Source: Bacteroidia bacterium
GTDB taxonomy: Bacteria > Bacteroidota > Bacteroidia > 2-12-FULL-35-15
NCBI GenBank assembly: GCA_036386835.1
Contig: DASVUX010000011.1
Location: forward strand, 192,291-256,290
Length of the DNA: 64,000 nucleotides
Reading direction: 5' to 3'
Shown here piece by piece: positions 34,980 through 44,975 of the stretch. A model generated the notes under the pieces. The model worked only from the letters and a program-made list of their open reading frames with translations, was not told the origin of the DNA and searched no databases. Position 1 is the stretch's first letter; every line of letters starts with the position of its first letter. The translations under genes and the position numbers were made by a program.

Positions 34980-37900
34980 TTAACTTCCGAGAACCTGCAC
35001 ATGCCCTTTTTCTTCTGTTTCAGAGCCATCGGCCCCTTTGATCTTTAAGATGTAAAAATAGGTTCCGTCCTCTGCCTTACCGCTGTCGGAGGAGCCATCC
35101 CAGCCACTGGCCGCGTCTCCACTCCATTCATAAATCTTTTTTCCCCAGCGGTTGAATATAGCGCCATCCACCCCGGTGACACCAATCGACTGGATCCCGA
35201 AGAAATCATTCTTATTATCACTGTTTGGTGTAAAAACATTCGGGATGGAATAGGTCATCTCTTCAAACACCTCGATAGTGAATACTGCTGAATCGACACA
35301 AGGGAAGCCTCCGTTGGTAGCATACAACAGTACGGTGTAGGTTCCGTTTGCCGCGTAAATCGCAGATGGGTCGGTTAGTGTTGAAACGGCTCCGTTGCCA
35401 AAATCCCAGGTATAATTTATTGCTCCTGTAGATGTGTTCGTAAAGCTAACAGTTAAAGGTTTAGGCCCTGAAGGGGGAGTTGCCGTAAAGGACGCATTGA
35501 CATTAGATATTTGCCCGACATTTACCGTTTGTGACGTTGCGCATCCCAAAGCATCAGTAATTATCACATTATACATTCCCTGGCTTAACGAAGAAAATGT
35601 ATTTCCGCTTTGCGGTGCATTTCCGTTAAGGGAATACATAAAGGGACCTGTTCCCCCGCTTACCGCACCAATTGTTATCTCACCGTCATTATCAAAACAT
35701 GTTTCATCGCTGACTGACGCTGTGGCTACTGTAATCGTATTGCTAACAGTTACAACCACCGTATCACTGTCTGTACATCCTGCCAAATTTGATCCTGTGA
35801 CGATATAGGAGGTTGTCTGGGAAGGATTGGCTGACGGATTTGCAATATTGCTGATATTAAGTCCGGCTGACGGGCTCCAGAAATAGGAATTTGCTCCTGA
35901 GGCATTCAGCTGAGCGGACAGCCCGCTGCAGATGCTTACATCCTGCCCTGCATTAACAACCGGAACGGAATTAACGGTGATGGTCACCTGCGAAGTCGCG
36001 GTACAGAATCCTGCTCCTGTAACGGTTACGGTATAAGTTGTTGTTGTAGAAGGGAAAGCAAAAGGATTCTGAATTATTGTGCTGCTTAACCCTGCAGCAG
36101 GTGCCCAGGAATATGTCACACCTCCGCTGGGATTAAGTATTGTACTGTCGCCCATGCAAATACTGGTATTTGTTCCTGCATTGGCAGCCGGTATATTATG
36201 AACCACTACGGTAACCGTATCCTGTGAAGAGCAGCCATTGAGATCGGTACCTGTTACAGTGTACAAGGTGGTTACGCCCGGGGAAGCAACAGGATTTGGT
36301 ATGTTCGGGTTATTAAGCGAACCCGCGGGTGACCATGAATATGTGTTTGCACCGCTTACAGAAAGATTTGCATTTGAACCATTGCAGACTGAAAGTGAAG
36401 CACCGGAATTCACTGCAGGAAGCGAATTAACCCCAACAGTAACATAGGCTGTATCCGAGCAGCCGGAGCCTGCTGTACCAATCACCGTATAGGTTGTTGA
36501 AGAAGAAGGAAATGCAAGCGGATTTGCGATGGAGTCATCGCTTAATGTTGCAGCGGGTAACCAGTAATATGTAAGAGCTCCGCTAACGTTCAGCGCGGTA
36601 CTATCTCCCTGGCATATAACAGCATTACCGGCAGCAGTGATGGTTAAACCATTCAGACCAATATTAACAGTGTCTGTATTCACACAGCCATTGGTATCAA
36701 CCCCGGTAACTACGTATGTAGTTGGAGAGCCAGGACTTGCGACCGGATTAGAAAGAGTGGAATCGTTTAGTGTTGCACCGGGTGACCACATATAGCTGTC
36801 CGCACCGCTTGCGTTCAGGTTGATACCCGATCCGATGCATATGCTAAGGTCTGGTCCTGCATTCACTGACGGCAGTGAATCAACCCTTACAAATACACTG
36901 TCGATACCTGAACATCCGAGTGCATCCGTAACCATAACTGTGTACGTGACAGAGGAAAGCGGCCCCGCAACCGGATTAAAAACAGATGTATCACTCAGGC
37001 CTGCCGAAGGAACCCATGCATACTGCATCCCCCCTGAGGCTGAAAGCATGATGCTGTCTCCTAAACAAATACTAGTATCAGCACCGGCATCTGCAACCAC
37101 GGCAGGAATAATTGTAATGATTACGGAATCACTGGCGGAACAGCCGGTACTGCTATTGGAAACTGTAACATAATAGACCATATTACCTGTCGGGCTTGCC
37201 ACAGGGTTTGCTATGGACGGATTACTAAGATCTGTGGCCGGTGACCAGAGATAGCTATCTCCTCCGCTTGCCCCCAGCATTATACTGCTACCCTGGCAAA
37301 TAGCAGTATCCGGGCCTGCATCTGCTCCCGGGTTAAGAATAATAACGGAAACCGTATCACTGCTGCTGCACCCTACGGAGTTGGTGATGGTTAATGTATA
37401 AGTTGTTGTTACAACGGGTGTGGCCACAGGAGTAAGAATGGTAGAATCATCAAGGGTTGCAGCCGGGCTCCAGGAATAAGTCCCGACTGGTCCGTTTCCT
37501 CCAAGCATTATATTATCCCCGCTACAGATCCCGGATGGAAATCCTGCATCAACAACAGGTGCAAACTCAACCCCTACAGATACCGTATCAAAACCTACAC
37601 AGCCGGATGCGTCAGTGACCATAACGGTATAAACGGTTGTGGAGGACGGGCTGGCGATCGGATTTGCAATTGCAGGATTGTTAAGTCCTGTTGCAGGAGA
37701 CCAGGAATATATTGTGCCTCCGCTAGCACCAAGCATAGTGGATGAGCCCTGGCAGATCTTCGTGTACGGACCTGCGTCAACAGGAATATTAATGGAATTA
37801 ACCACCACGGTATCTGTGTTATTACCTCCGGTAGCAACCCCGCAGCCATTAGGCCCGTCCACTTTTGCATAATAATATTGAGGAGAGGCGACCGGGCTTA

Positions 37901-38753
37901 GTGTAACATTGGCCCCTGTGCCAACAAGCGCATTGGATGGGAATTCATACCAGTTAATGGTGTAAGTTGCTGAGCCGTTTGGCGTGTACCTCCAGCCCTC
38001 GTTGCTGGCTGTCCATTGCGTGTTGTTCCGGCCCGGAACCGTGAAGGCAACAGTACCTGCCGCATTATGAACTCCTTGGGTTGCAAGGCCGGGATTAGCT
38101 GTTGGCCATGAAAGACAGTTTGGTTTACTAACAATAAAATTCTCTATCGTATTCCAGGTCTCATATATGATTATCTGAAAGGTTCCACGGTTTCCCGTGC
38201 ATTGATACATTGGAATATTATTCCATGTAACCACCAATCTTCGGAAAGGAGCTGTTCCCAGTGTTTGATGGTTTATGTAGGGCCCTGTTCCGAACCCTGG
38301 ATGCCAGTCCTGCCATGGCCCCATGATGCAATTCTTAGGGACTGCCGCAACTGTAGAAGGGATAGTAGCTGCAGTGTATGTGGTTGCGCTTGCTCCCTGC
38401 GGGGTAAATGCAATCCAGCCATTAGACCCGATGTAGAAATTGGTGTAAGAAGTACCAAAAAAACAAAACGAAAACCCGATCGGGAAAGGACCAACCTGTG
38501 AATCGTCAGTTGCAGAAGACGTAATACCACCAGTTAAAGGTCCCGGAGCAAAGGGAATGCTTGAAACAGCGTAGGAGTTTGTAGGCAGGCTGCCGGGTGC
38601 AGTTGGTGCACCGGGTGGCGTTATGGTGGCAGTCAGGTTTACTGAGCCCCCGGAACAGATGTTTGAAACCTCCGGCTCTGCATCTATTGTTTGTGCTCTT
38701 AGAAACTGGGTATTAAAATATATTAAGGAGAGTATAAAAAATAAACGTTTCAT
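34980..38753 (-). CDS. large secreted protein with type-B T9SS C-terminal domain and ~12 tandem Ig-like modules (YSWSPAxGLxxxxIxNPxAxPxxTTxYTV)
   Basis: The start is refined to MKRLFFILSLIYFNTQFLRAQ. C-terminus IPNVFTPNSDNKNDFFGIQS...IFNRWGKKIYEWSG...GWDGS...GTYFYILKIKG..GHVQVLGS. A PKD-like module ..YTWDFGNG.. lies near the C-terminus. Confidence 0.8.
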   Translation of the reverse strand: MKRLFFILSLIYFNTQFLRAQTIDAEPEVSNICSGGSVNLTATITPPGAPTAPGSLPTNSYAVSSIPFAPGPLTGGITSSATDDSQVGPFPIGFSFCFFGTSYTNFYIGSNGWIAFTPQGASATTYTAATIPSTVAAVPKNCIMGPWQDWHPGFGTGPYINHQTLGTAPFRRLVVTWNNIPMYQCTGNRGTFQIIIYETWNTIENFIVSKPNCLSWPTANPGLATQGVHNAAGTVAFTVPGRNNTQWTASNEGWRYTPNGSATYTINWYEFPSNALVGTGANVTLSPVASPQYYYAKVDGPNGCGVATGGNNTDTVVVNSINIPVDAGPYTKICQGSSTMLGASGGTIYSWSPATGLNNPAIANPIASPSSTTVYTVMVTDASGCVGFDTVSVGVEFAPVVDAGFPSGICSGDNIMLGGNGPVGTYSWSPAATLDDSTILTPVATPVVTTTYTLTITNSVGCSSSDTVSVIILNPGADAGPDTAICQGSSIMLGASGGDSYLWSPATDLSNPSIANPVASPTGNMVYYVTVSNSSTGCSASDSVIITIIPAVVADAGADTSICLGDSIMLSASGGMQYAWVPSAGLSDTSVFNPVAGPLSSVTYTVMVTDALGCSGIDSVFVRVDSLPSVNAGPDLSICIGSGINLNASGADSYMWSPGATLNDSTLSNPVASPGSPTTYVVTGVDTNGCVNTDTVNIGLNGLTITAAGNAVICQGDSTALNVSGALTYYWLPAATLSDDSIANPLAFPSSSTTYTVIGTAGSGCSDTAYVTVGVNSLPAVNSGASLSVCNGSNANLSVSGANTYSWSPAGSLNNPNIPNPVASPGVTTLYTVTGTDLNGCSSQDTVTVVVHNIPAANAGTNTSICMGDSTILNPSGGVTYSWAPAAGLSSTIIQNPFAFPSTTTTYTVTVTGAGFCTATSQVTITVNSVPVVNAGQDVSICSGLSAQLNASGANSYFWSPSAGLNISNIANPSANPSQTTSYIVTGSNLAGCTDSDTVVVTVSNTITVATASVSDETCFDNDGEITIGAVSGGTGPFMYSLNGNAPQSGNTFSSLSQGMYNVIITDALGCATSQTVNVGQISNVNASFTATPPSGPKPLTVSFTNTSTGAINYTWDFGNGAVSTLTDPSAIYAANGTYTVLLYATNGGFPCVDSAVFTIEVFEEMTYSIPNVFTPNSDNKNDFFGIQSIGVTGVDGAIFNRWGKKIYEWSGDAASGWDGSSDSGKAEDGTYFYILKIKGADGSETEEKGHVQVLGS

Positions 38754-38888
38754 CAAATCTGATTTTTTAAAGTTTACGGGAGTAAAAGTACAAAAACCTT
38801 TGATAGCGGCTACGTTTTTTTCGTACATCAGAAGTCCAGCACTGTATTTAAAAATCTGACCTGCAATTCAATACAAAAAGAGCAAACC

Positions 38889-39881
38889 TTACCTGGTCAA
38901 TTTGATGGTTCCTTTTTGGTCGTATTTTTTGCCGTCAATACCTATTGCATTGATAATGAAGAAATAGATTCCTTCTTTAGCGGGTTTACCTTCCAGGTCC
39001 TTTCCGTCCCACTGGCCTTTTGTGCCCTGCCATTTATAAATCGTAGTTCCTGTCTTGTCAAAAATAACCACATCCATGTTAGAAATATCCTGGCTGTTTA
39101 CTTTGAACACATCCACAGAACCATCTCCGTTCGGAGAGAAAGTAGTGGGAACTGAAGAGATGGACGAGTTACCGAAGACTTCTATTTTCACACTATCGGT
39201 GGATATTTTCCCGTCAGGACCGGTGGATGTGAGAGAGATGGTATATATTCCCGGAATATCATAAACATGTACAGGGTTTGCACCTGTTTCTTTCTGGCCG
39301 TCACCGAAATCCCATTTGTTAACCTTACCGGTGCCGCTGTTTGAAACATTGACGATCAGCGGTACGGTGCCGCCAATGGGTGATGCGGAGATAGATGCAA
39401 TCGTGTGATCAGAATACTGGCTGATCACCTCTTTCATTTTTTCTTTTTTGATATGTGTCGGGCTTTTATCCGTCTTCTGTGCTTTCCCGCTCTCTGCCGG
39501 CAGAGTATTCTCTTTTACAGCCGGGGTATTGCTTTGTGCTGATGTGTTATCTGTTAAGAATTCTTTAATCTCCTGCGGGGCTAAAGGTTTAACGGTTTCA
39601 TGCTGTTCCCCGGCCACCGGTTGCTTTGTTTCTGCGCCTGGCTTTGGCTGGGATTTCCCGCCTAAATTCATGATCACTACGGTAGATATTACAGCCGCGG
39701 CAGATGAAACCACAGCCACAATCGTACTTGTGCCTATCTTATTCAATAATGCTTTTCCAAGTAATCCGATCCCAATACCTTTCAGGGCAGTCTGTATGTT
39801 GGACCATACACCAGGACTCACCTCAGCCTCAAAATCCTTAAACGAATCCTTGAAAAGATCCTCTATATCGTTTTTCTTCAT
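38889..39881 (-). CDS. membrane-anchored protein (anti-sigma-like topology) with PKD domain and type-B T9SS C-terminal domain
   Basis: No cleavable signal peptide: a ~45-aa charged N-terminus MKKNDIEDLFKDSFKDFEAEV..W..I, then one TM segment (IGTSTIVAVVSSAAAVISTVVIM), a Pro/Lys-rich linker, PKD motif KWDFGDGQKETGANPVHVYDIPGIYTISL, and type-B CTD PTTFSPNGDGSVDVFKV...IFDKTGTTIYKWQG...GIYFFIINA. The start codon lies 3 bp after the ECF sigma stop. Confidence 0.65.
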   Translation of the reverse strand: MKKNDIEDLFKDSFKDFEAEVSPGVWSNIQTALKGIGIGLLGKALLNKIGTSTIVAVVSSAAAVISTVVIMNLGGKSQPKPGAETKQPVAGEQHETVKPLAPQEIKEFLTDNTSAQSNTPAVKENTLPAESGKAQKTDKSPTHIKKEKMKEVISQYSDHTIASISASPIGGTVPLIVNVSNSGTGKVNKWDFGDGQKETGANPVHVYDIPGIYTISLTSTGPDGKISTDSVKIEVFGNSSISSVPTTFSPNGDGSVDVFKVNSQDISNMDVVIFDKTGTTIYKWQGTKGQWDGKDLEGKPAKEGIYFFIINAIGIDGKKYDQKGTIKLTR

Positions 39882-39884
39882 AAT

Positions 39885-40415
39885 TTATTCCCTGTCTACC
39901 GGGATAATTTTTTGCAAATGAGCTTTCGCCCGTGAATATTGAGATTTGGAGGTGCCTTCGGAAATTCCAAGCATATCACCTATTTCTTTGTGGGAGTAGC
40001 CCTCAATAGCATAAAGGTTAAATACGGTGCGAAAACCTGTGGGTAGTGTCTGAATGATTTTCAAGAGATCCTTCGCAGCAAAGCTTTCGCTCATGTAATT
40101 GCTTGAAGGAAGCATGAATTCAACACTCTCCAGTTCTATGTTTTGTTTCAGTTTCTTGTTTTTTCTAATGTTGGTAAGGGCCGTATTCACCATTATCTTT
40201 CTTACCCATCCTTCCAGTGAACCTGCGCCCCTGAATGTTTCGATGTTCTGAAAGACGCTGATAAACCCATTCTGCACTACATCTTCAGCCTCTTCGTGAT
40301 TGTCGCAATAACGCAGACAAACACCCATCATTTTCTTTGAAAAACGCTCGTACAGATGCCTTTGAGCTATGGCATCTTTTTTAATGCAACCTTGTACTAT
40401 TTGCTCATCGGTCAT
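39885..40415 (-). CDS. ECF-type RNA polymerase sigma-70 factor
   Basis: 176 aa. Region 2 (DAIAQRHLYERFSKKMMGVCLRYCDNHEEAEDVVQNGFISVFQ) and region 4 HTH (YAIEGYSHKEIGDMLGISEGTSKSQYSRAKAHLQKII). Confidence 0.85.
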   Translation of the reverse strand: MTDEQIVQGCIKKDAIAQRHLYERFSKKMMGVCLRYCDNHEEAEDVVQNGFISVFQNIETFRGAGSLEGWVRKIMVNTALTNIRKNKKLKQNIELESVEFMLPSSNYMSESFAAKDLLKIIQTLPTGFRTVFNLYAIEGYSHKEIGDMLGISEGTSKSQYSRAKAHLQKIIPVDRE

Positions 40416-40431
40416 AACGTTTTTCTACCAG

Positions 40432-40461
40432 TTAAGACACAAAGTTGCAACATTTGGTTGC
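40432..40461 (-). promoter_or_regulatory. candidate ECF-type autoregulatory promoter upstream of the sigma gene
   Basis: Minus strand reads GCAACC-(18 nt)-TCTTAA, which resembles AAC-containing -35 and TCTnA -10 elements of ECF promoters, about 15 nt upstream of the ATG. It overlaps the inverted repeat tgcaac-atttg-gttgca (40446-40462). Confidence 0.25.
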
Positions 40462-40532
40462 ACAGGAAGTGAAATTTTTACTTTTTATTAACAAATGTAT
40501 TTTTAACCAATAAACAATAGCACTTTTGAAAA

Positions 40533-42932
40533 ATGGGAAAGAAATTTAAAAGCAAAACACAGGGTAAAAAAAAGAGTTATTTTTTTGAAGAGGTACTCAA
40601 TGTGCTTTCCAAATCGCCTTCTAAAAGCTTAAATTACAAGCAAATAGCATCCGAACTTAACGTTACCGACCACTCTCAGCGATTACTCATCAACTCCATA
40701 CTTGAGGAGCTTGAAGCAAACGATGCCGTATCGCAGGTGGAACGGGGCAAATTTAAACTTAAAAGCACTGAACGTTATATTTCCGGCAAGGTTGATATGA
40801 CGGCTTCTGGAACCGCTTATATCATATCGGAGGAATCAGAAGATGACGTGCTTGTAAACCAGAAAAAGACCCTTAATGCCCTGCATGGCGACATGGTGCG
40901 GGTATTATTATACCCTAAAAGAAAGGGGAAGCAGGAAGGGGAGATCGTTGAGGTACTTGAACGCGCCAAAACAGAATTCGTGGGAACAATACAGCTTTCA
41001 CCCCGGTTTGCATTCCTTGTCCCAAGCAACAACAAAATGCACGTGGATATTTATATTCCGCTGGAAAAACTCAACGGGGCAAAAGATGGCCAGAAAGCTA
41101 TTGCAAAAATCGTTGAATGGCCTAAGAATGGTGTAAACCCAATAGGCGAAATTAAAGAAGTGCTCGGGGATGTTGGCGATAACAACACCGAAATGCATGC
41201 AATCCTGGCGGAATACGGCCTGCCTTATCATTTCCCGAAGGATGTGGAACGTGCTGCTGACCTTATCCCTGTAGAGATTACTGAGGAGGAAGTCGCTAAA
41301 AGACGCGATTTCCGTAAGATCACCACATTCACGATCGATCCGGTGGATGCCAAGGATTTCGATGATGCTTTATCCATCCAGAAACTAAAAAACGGCAACT
41401 GGGAGATCGGGGTACACATCGCAGATGTGAGCCATTACGTGAAGCCGGGCTCTATGATTGATATTGAAGCGGTTAGCCGTGCTACCTCTGTATACCTTGT
41501 TGACCGCGTGGTTCCCATGCTTCCGGAAATCTTATCCAATAATGTCTGCTCTTTACGTCCTAACGAAGAAAAACTTTGCTTTTCAGCTGTTTTTGAAATG
41601 ACCGATGAAGCGGAAGTGGTGCAGGAATGGATTGGCCGGACTGTAATCAATTCCGATAAACGTTTCACATACGAGCAGGCCCAGGAAGTAATTGAAACAG
41701 GCGAAGGGGACTTTTCGGAAGAGATACTTACGCTTGACCGGCTTGCCAAGATCCTTCGTGCAAACCGTTTCAAAAAAGGAAGTATTGCATTTGAAAAAAT
41801 GGAAGTGAAATTTCACCTTGATGAAGCAGGGAATCCAACCGGAGTTTATTTTAAAATCGCAAAGGACTCAAATCAGCTGATTGAAGATTTCATGCTGCTG
41901 GCTAACCGTAAGGTCGCTGAATTTGTTGGCAAGGCGAAAGAAAAACAGGAAGGCAGGAAAGAAGCTGAACCGAAACGCGCTTTTGTGTACCGTGTCCATG
42001 ACAAACCCAATCCCGACAAGCTGGCAAGCTTTGCTGAATTTGTCGGCAAGTTTGGTTATAAGCTGAACATTAAAAATGAAAAAAGTGTTGCTGATTCACT
42101 GAACAACCTTTTAAAGGAAGTTAATGAAAAAAAGGAATCAGGCGTGATTGAATTGCTTGCGATCCGGACGATGGCAAAAGCGATCTATACCACAAAGAAT
42201 ATCGGTCACTACGGCTTAGGCTTTGAATATTATACTCATTTCACTTCTCCGATCAGGCGTTACCCCGATGTAATGGTCCACCGGTTATTGCAGCACTACC
42301 TGGATGGCGGGAAAAGCGCTGATGCCGAAAAACTGGAGGAGGATTGCATTCACTCTTCCGACATGGAGAAACTGGCGGCAGATGCGGAACGCTCTTCTAT
42401 CAAATACAAGCAGGTGCAATATCTCAAGGATAAGATCGGGCAGGAATATGACGGAAAGATTTCCGGTGTTACAGAATGGGGGATTTTTGTGGAAATAATT
42501 GAGAACCATTGTGAAGGAATGATCCGTTTACGCGACCTTACTGATGATAATTATTTCTTTGATGAGGACAATTATTGTCTTCGCGGAAAAAAGAACGGAA
42601 AAGTATTAACCCTGGGAGATGAAGTAAGAATAGAAGTGAAGCGTGCCGATCTTGTAAAGAAGCAGCTGGATTTTGCACTTGTTGAAATGAAGGATCAAAG
42701 GCCCGGTGAAAGAAAACAAGAAAGAAGCAACTCGACTTCAAGGAAATCTGAGCCGGGAAAAAAATCTTACGGGAATAAACGTTCTGGAAATGCCCGGCAG
42801 GGAAATGAAGAACCTAAGCATGAGCGGCCGTTAAACGAACGTCCCCAGGCAGAGAATCCGAATAAAAGACCTGAACCCAAAAAAGGTACTGAAGGAAAAG
42901 CATTCAGTGATGAGTGGGGATTTGAGATCTGA
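40533..42932 (+). CDS. rnr: ribonuclease R
   Basis: 799 aa. Cold-shock/OB N-terminal domains; RNB catalytic domain (FTIDPVDAKDFDDALS, HIADVSHYV); S1 domain; a Lys/Arg/Glu-rich C-terminal tail. Confidence 0.9.
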   Translation: MGKKFKSKTQGKKKSYFFEEVLNVLSKSPSKSLNYKQIASELNVTDHSQRLLINSILEELEANDAVSQVERGKFKLKSTERYISGKVDMTASGTAYIISEESEDDVLVNQKKTLNALHGDMVRVLLYPKRKGKQEGEIVEVLERAKTEFVGTIQLSPRFAFLVPSNNKMHVDIYIPLEKLNGAKDGQKAIAKIVEWPKNGVNPIGEIKEVLGDVGDNNTEMHAILAEYGLPYHFPKDVERAADLIPVEITEEEVAKRRDFRKITTFTIDPVDAKDFDDALSIQKLKNGNWEIGVHIADVSHYVKPGSMIDIEAVSRATSVYLVDRVVPMLPEILSNNVCSLRPNEEKLCFSAVFEMTDEAEVVQEWIGRTVINSDKRFTYEQAQEVIETGEGDFSEEILTLDRLAKILRANRFKKGSIAFEKMEVKFHLDEAGNPTGVYFKIAKDSNQLIEDFMLLANRKVAEFVGKAKEKQEGRKEAEPKRAFVYRVHDKPNPDKLASFAEFVGKFGYKLNIKNEKSVADSLNNLLKEVNEKKESGVIELLAIRTMAKAIYTTKNIGHYGLGFEYYTHFTSPIRRYPDVMVHRLLQHYLDGGKSADAEKLEEDCIHSSDMEKLAADAERSSIKYKQVQYLKDKIGQEYDGKISGVTEWGIFVEIIENHCEGMIRLRDLTDDNYFFDEDNYCLRGKKNGKVLTLGDEVRIEVKRADLVKKQLDFALVEMKDQRPGERKQERSNSTSRKSEPGKKSYGNKRSGNARQGNEEPKHERPLNERPQAENPNKRPEPKKGTEGKAFSDEWGFEI

Positions 42933-42935
42933 TTC

Positions 42936-43340
42936 TCAGTCGATAAGCGCCTCTAACAGCCTTGCTGTGTCGTCTCCTGACTTGCTGTTCTTGAGGTTCA
43001 GCGGCTTTAATATATAGCCTGTTACGCCCAGGTTTTGTGCAGCCATCTTATCATATTCTTCCCCGGAAGTAGTAATGATGAATATTTTTATGTTTTTAAG
43101 GCTGTAATAACTTTTAACTATTCCTAAAAATTCAAGGCCGTTCATTTTCGGCATGTTTATATCCAGCAGGATCACATCCGGCTGGATCTTGTTCTCTTCC
43201 GATGTAAGCATTTCAATAGCATCCACGCCATTATGTGCAACATGGAGCGTGTGGTTAATGTGGTTTTTTTTGAGTGACCTTCTGATGCTCTCCACATCCA
43301 GGTAATCATCCTCCACTAAAAGAATAACACTGTTTTTCAT
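42936..43340 (-). CDS. stand-alone response-regulator receiver domain protein (CheY-like)
   Basis: 134 aa. VILLVEDD with phospho-acceptor Asp in ILLDINMP and a conserved Lys (YILKP). No output domain. 4-bp overlap (ATGA) with the upstream kinase gene. Confidence 0.8.
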   Translation of the reverse strand: MKNSVILLVEDDYLDVESIRRSLKKNHINHTLHVAHNGVDAIEMLTSEENKIQPDVILLDINMPKMNGLEFLGIVKSYYSLKNIKIFIITTSGEEYDKMAAQNLGVTGYILKPLNLKNSKSGDDTARLLEALID

Positions 43341-44809
43341 ATCTGGTTCTTAATATCGGCCTTTGGCCAGGTAAAAATAAATGATGTGCCTTTTCCTAAC
43401 TCGGACTCCACCCTGATCGTCCCTTTATTGTCCTCTATCACTTTCTTAACGATGGCAAGGCCAACGCCCGTACTTTCAAAGGCATCACGTTCCTGCAGTG
43501 TCTGAAAGATGATAAAGATTTTATCAAAATACTTGGAATCAATCCCGGGCCCATTATCAGTAACATAAAAACAATAATGGTCTGTGAATTCTTCTGAACG
43601 GATAATGATCTTCCCGTCTTTACGATGGTTATATTTTACGGCATTGCTGATCAGGTTGGAAAAAACCTGTTCCAGGTGGAGCTTCTCTGCAAACAATGTC
43701 GGCATCGGTCCGATCACCACATTATAATTACGTGGAACGAGCAGGTCTATTAATTCCCTGACAAGAATTTCGAGTTCGATCTTTTCGGTCCCACGCTTTA
43801 TTTTTCCTACCCGGGCATACTCCAGCAGACCGTTAATCATGTTCTCAAGCCTGTTTGTTCTTCCTTTGATCAATGAAAGGTTGTGCCTGATTTCGGGTGT
43901 GGTGTCCTGCTCGTGATCTTCTTCCACCCAGGAAACTATATTTGCAATCCCACGCAGGGGTGCCTTGAGGTCATGCGAAACCACATACGCGAACTGGTCA
44001 AGTTCCCTGTTCTTTTTTGTAAGCTCGTTAAAATTCTTCTCCAGTGTGAGAGACATGGTATTCAATGATATTGCAAGGTTATTAAGCTCATCTTTCTTAT
44101 TATCTTCAATAGTGCGGAATTCCCCTTTTGAAATCGCCTTGGCAAGATTTACCATTTTGGAGATCCTCTTGGTAATAACCCTGATGAGATAAAAGCTGGA
44201 TATAATTGCAAGAAATACAGAAGCGACTGTAAGTGAAAGGGTAATGATTTTTGTACTTTCCAATGATTGCTGGAGTGCTTTTCTTCTTTCCTGCCTGATC
44301 TGGTATTCAAGATTATCAAAGCCACGGAAAATATTCTGGATGCGGTCATTAAGCTTTTTGCCAACTTCTGTCCTTAGCTTTGTTTCAAATAACTGCTGGT
44401 ATAATTTACTTGCATCCGGGAAGGTATCGAGGCGCGTAGTTATAAGCTGTTTTGAATATTGGATCCACTGGTGGTGCAGCTTATTAATCGTATCCAGGTC
44501 ATTCTTTTGCGCAGTGGTAGAAACCAGTCCGCGCTCCTCTTCCAGCCGCGGTGGAACACTTTTGAGTCCATGGTAATATGGCTGCAGAAAGCTTTTTTGC
44601 CCTGTAAGTAAGAATCCCCTGAAACCGCTCTGCATCTCAATCATTTCTTTCTGAAGCAGATTTGAGTTCCGGATGATCGTTTCTGAATTACTGATATAGG
44701 TCGTATTCCTGATGACTTCGTTTGATAACTTCTGGTTAACAAAAAAGTCAATTACAAAAATAAAGATCAATATAAAAAAGCCCGTGAAGAGCTGAAACTT
44801 TATCGACAT
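43337..44809 (-). CDS. sensor histidine kinase with periplasmic helical sensor (CHASE3-like, tentative), HAMP, HisKA and HATPase domains
   Basis: TM1 at the N-terminus, a ~170-aa periplasmic region, TM2 (ITLSLTVASVFLAIISSFYLI), HAMP, H-box VSHDLKAPLRG, and N/G1/G2 boxes (NAVKYN, DNGPGID, GTGVGLAIV). Confidence 0.8.
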   Translation of the reverse strand: MSIKFQLFTGFFILIFIFVIDFFVNQKLSNEVIRNTTYISNSETIIRNSNLLQKEMIEMQSGFRGFLLTGQKSFLQPYYHGLKSVPPRLEEERGLVSTTAQKNDLDTINKLHHQWIQYSKQLITTRLDTFPDASKLYQQLFETKLRTEVGKKLNDRIQNIFRGFDNLEYQIRQERRKALQQSLESTKIITLSLTVASVFLAIISSFYLIRVITKRISKMVNLAKAISKGEFRTIEDNKKDELNNLAISLNTMSLTLEKNFNELTKKNRELDQFAYVVSHDLKAPLRGIANIVSWVEEDHEQDTTPEIRHNLSLIKGRTNRLENMINGLLEYARVGKIKRGTEKIELEILVRELIDLLVPRNYNVVIGPMPTLFAEKLHLEQVFSNLISNAVKYNHRKDGKIIIRSEEFTDHYCFYVTDNGPGIDSKYFDKIFIIFQTLQERDAFESTGVGLAIVKKVIEDNKGTIRVESELGKGTSFIFTWPKADIKNQI

Positions 44810-44921
44810 TGCTGAGTATTTACAATAGAATTCCCATTGAAGAATTCGGGTAATGCGATATTAAGTATAAAAAAATAAAATCGGAATTGAGAAGATGAGA
44901 ATTCTTACTGTAACGCAAAAA

Positions 44922-44941
44922 TTGTAGAATCCATTCTACAA
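44922..44941. promoter_or_regulatory. perfect 9-2-9 palindrome TTGTAGAAT-CC-ATTCTACAA in the promoter region of the HK/RR operon
   Basis: Read directly. It lies 113 bp upstream of the kinase start codon (44809) and just downstream of the LytTR-regulator terminator. The 2-nt spacer is too short for a stable hairpin, which favours a protein-binding operator. Confidence 0.35.
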
Positions 44942-44975
44942 CTCTGTTAATATTATTCAGGAACCGGCTTAAATT

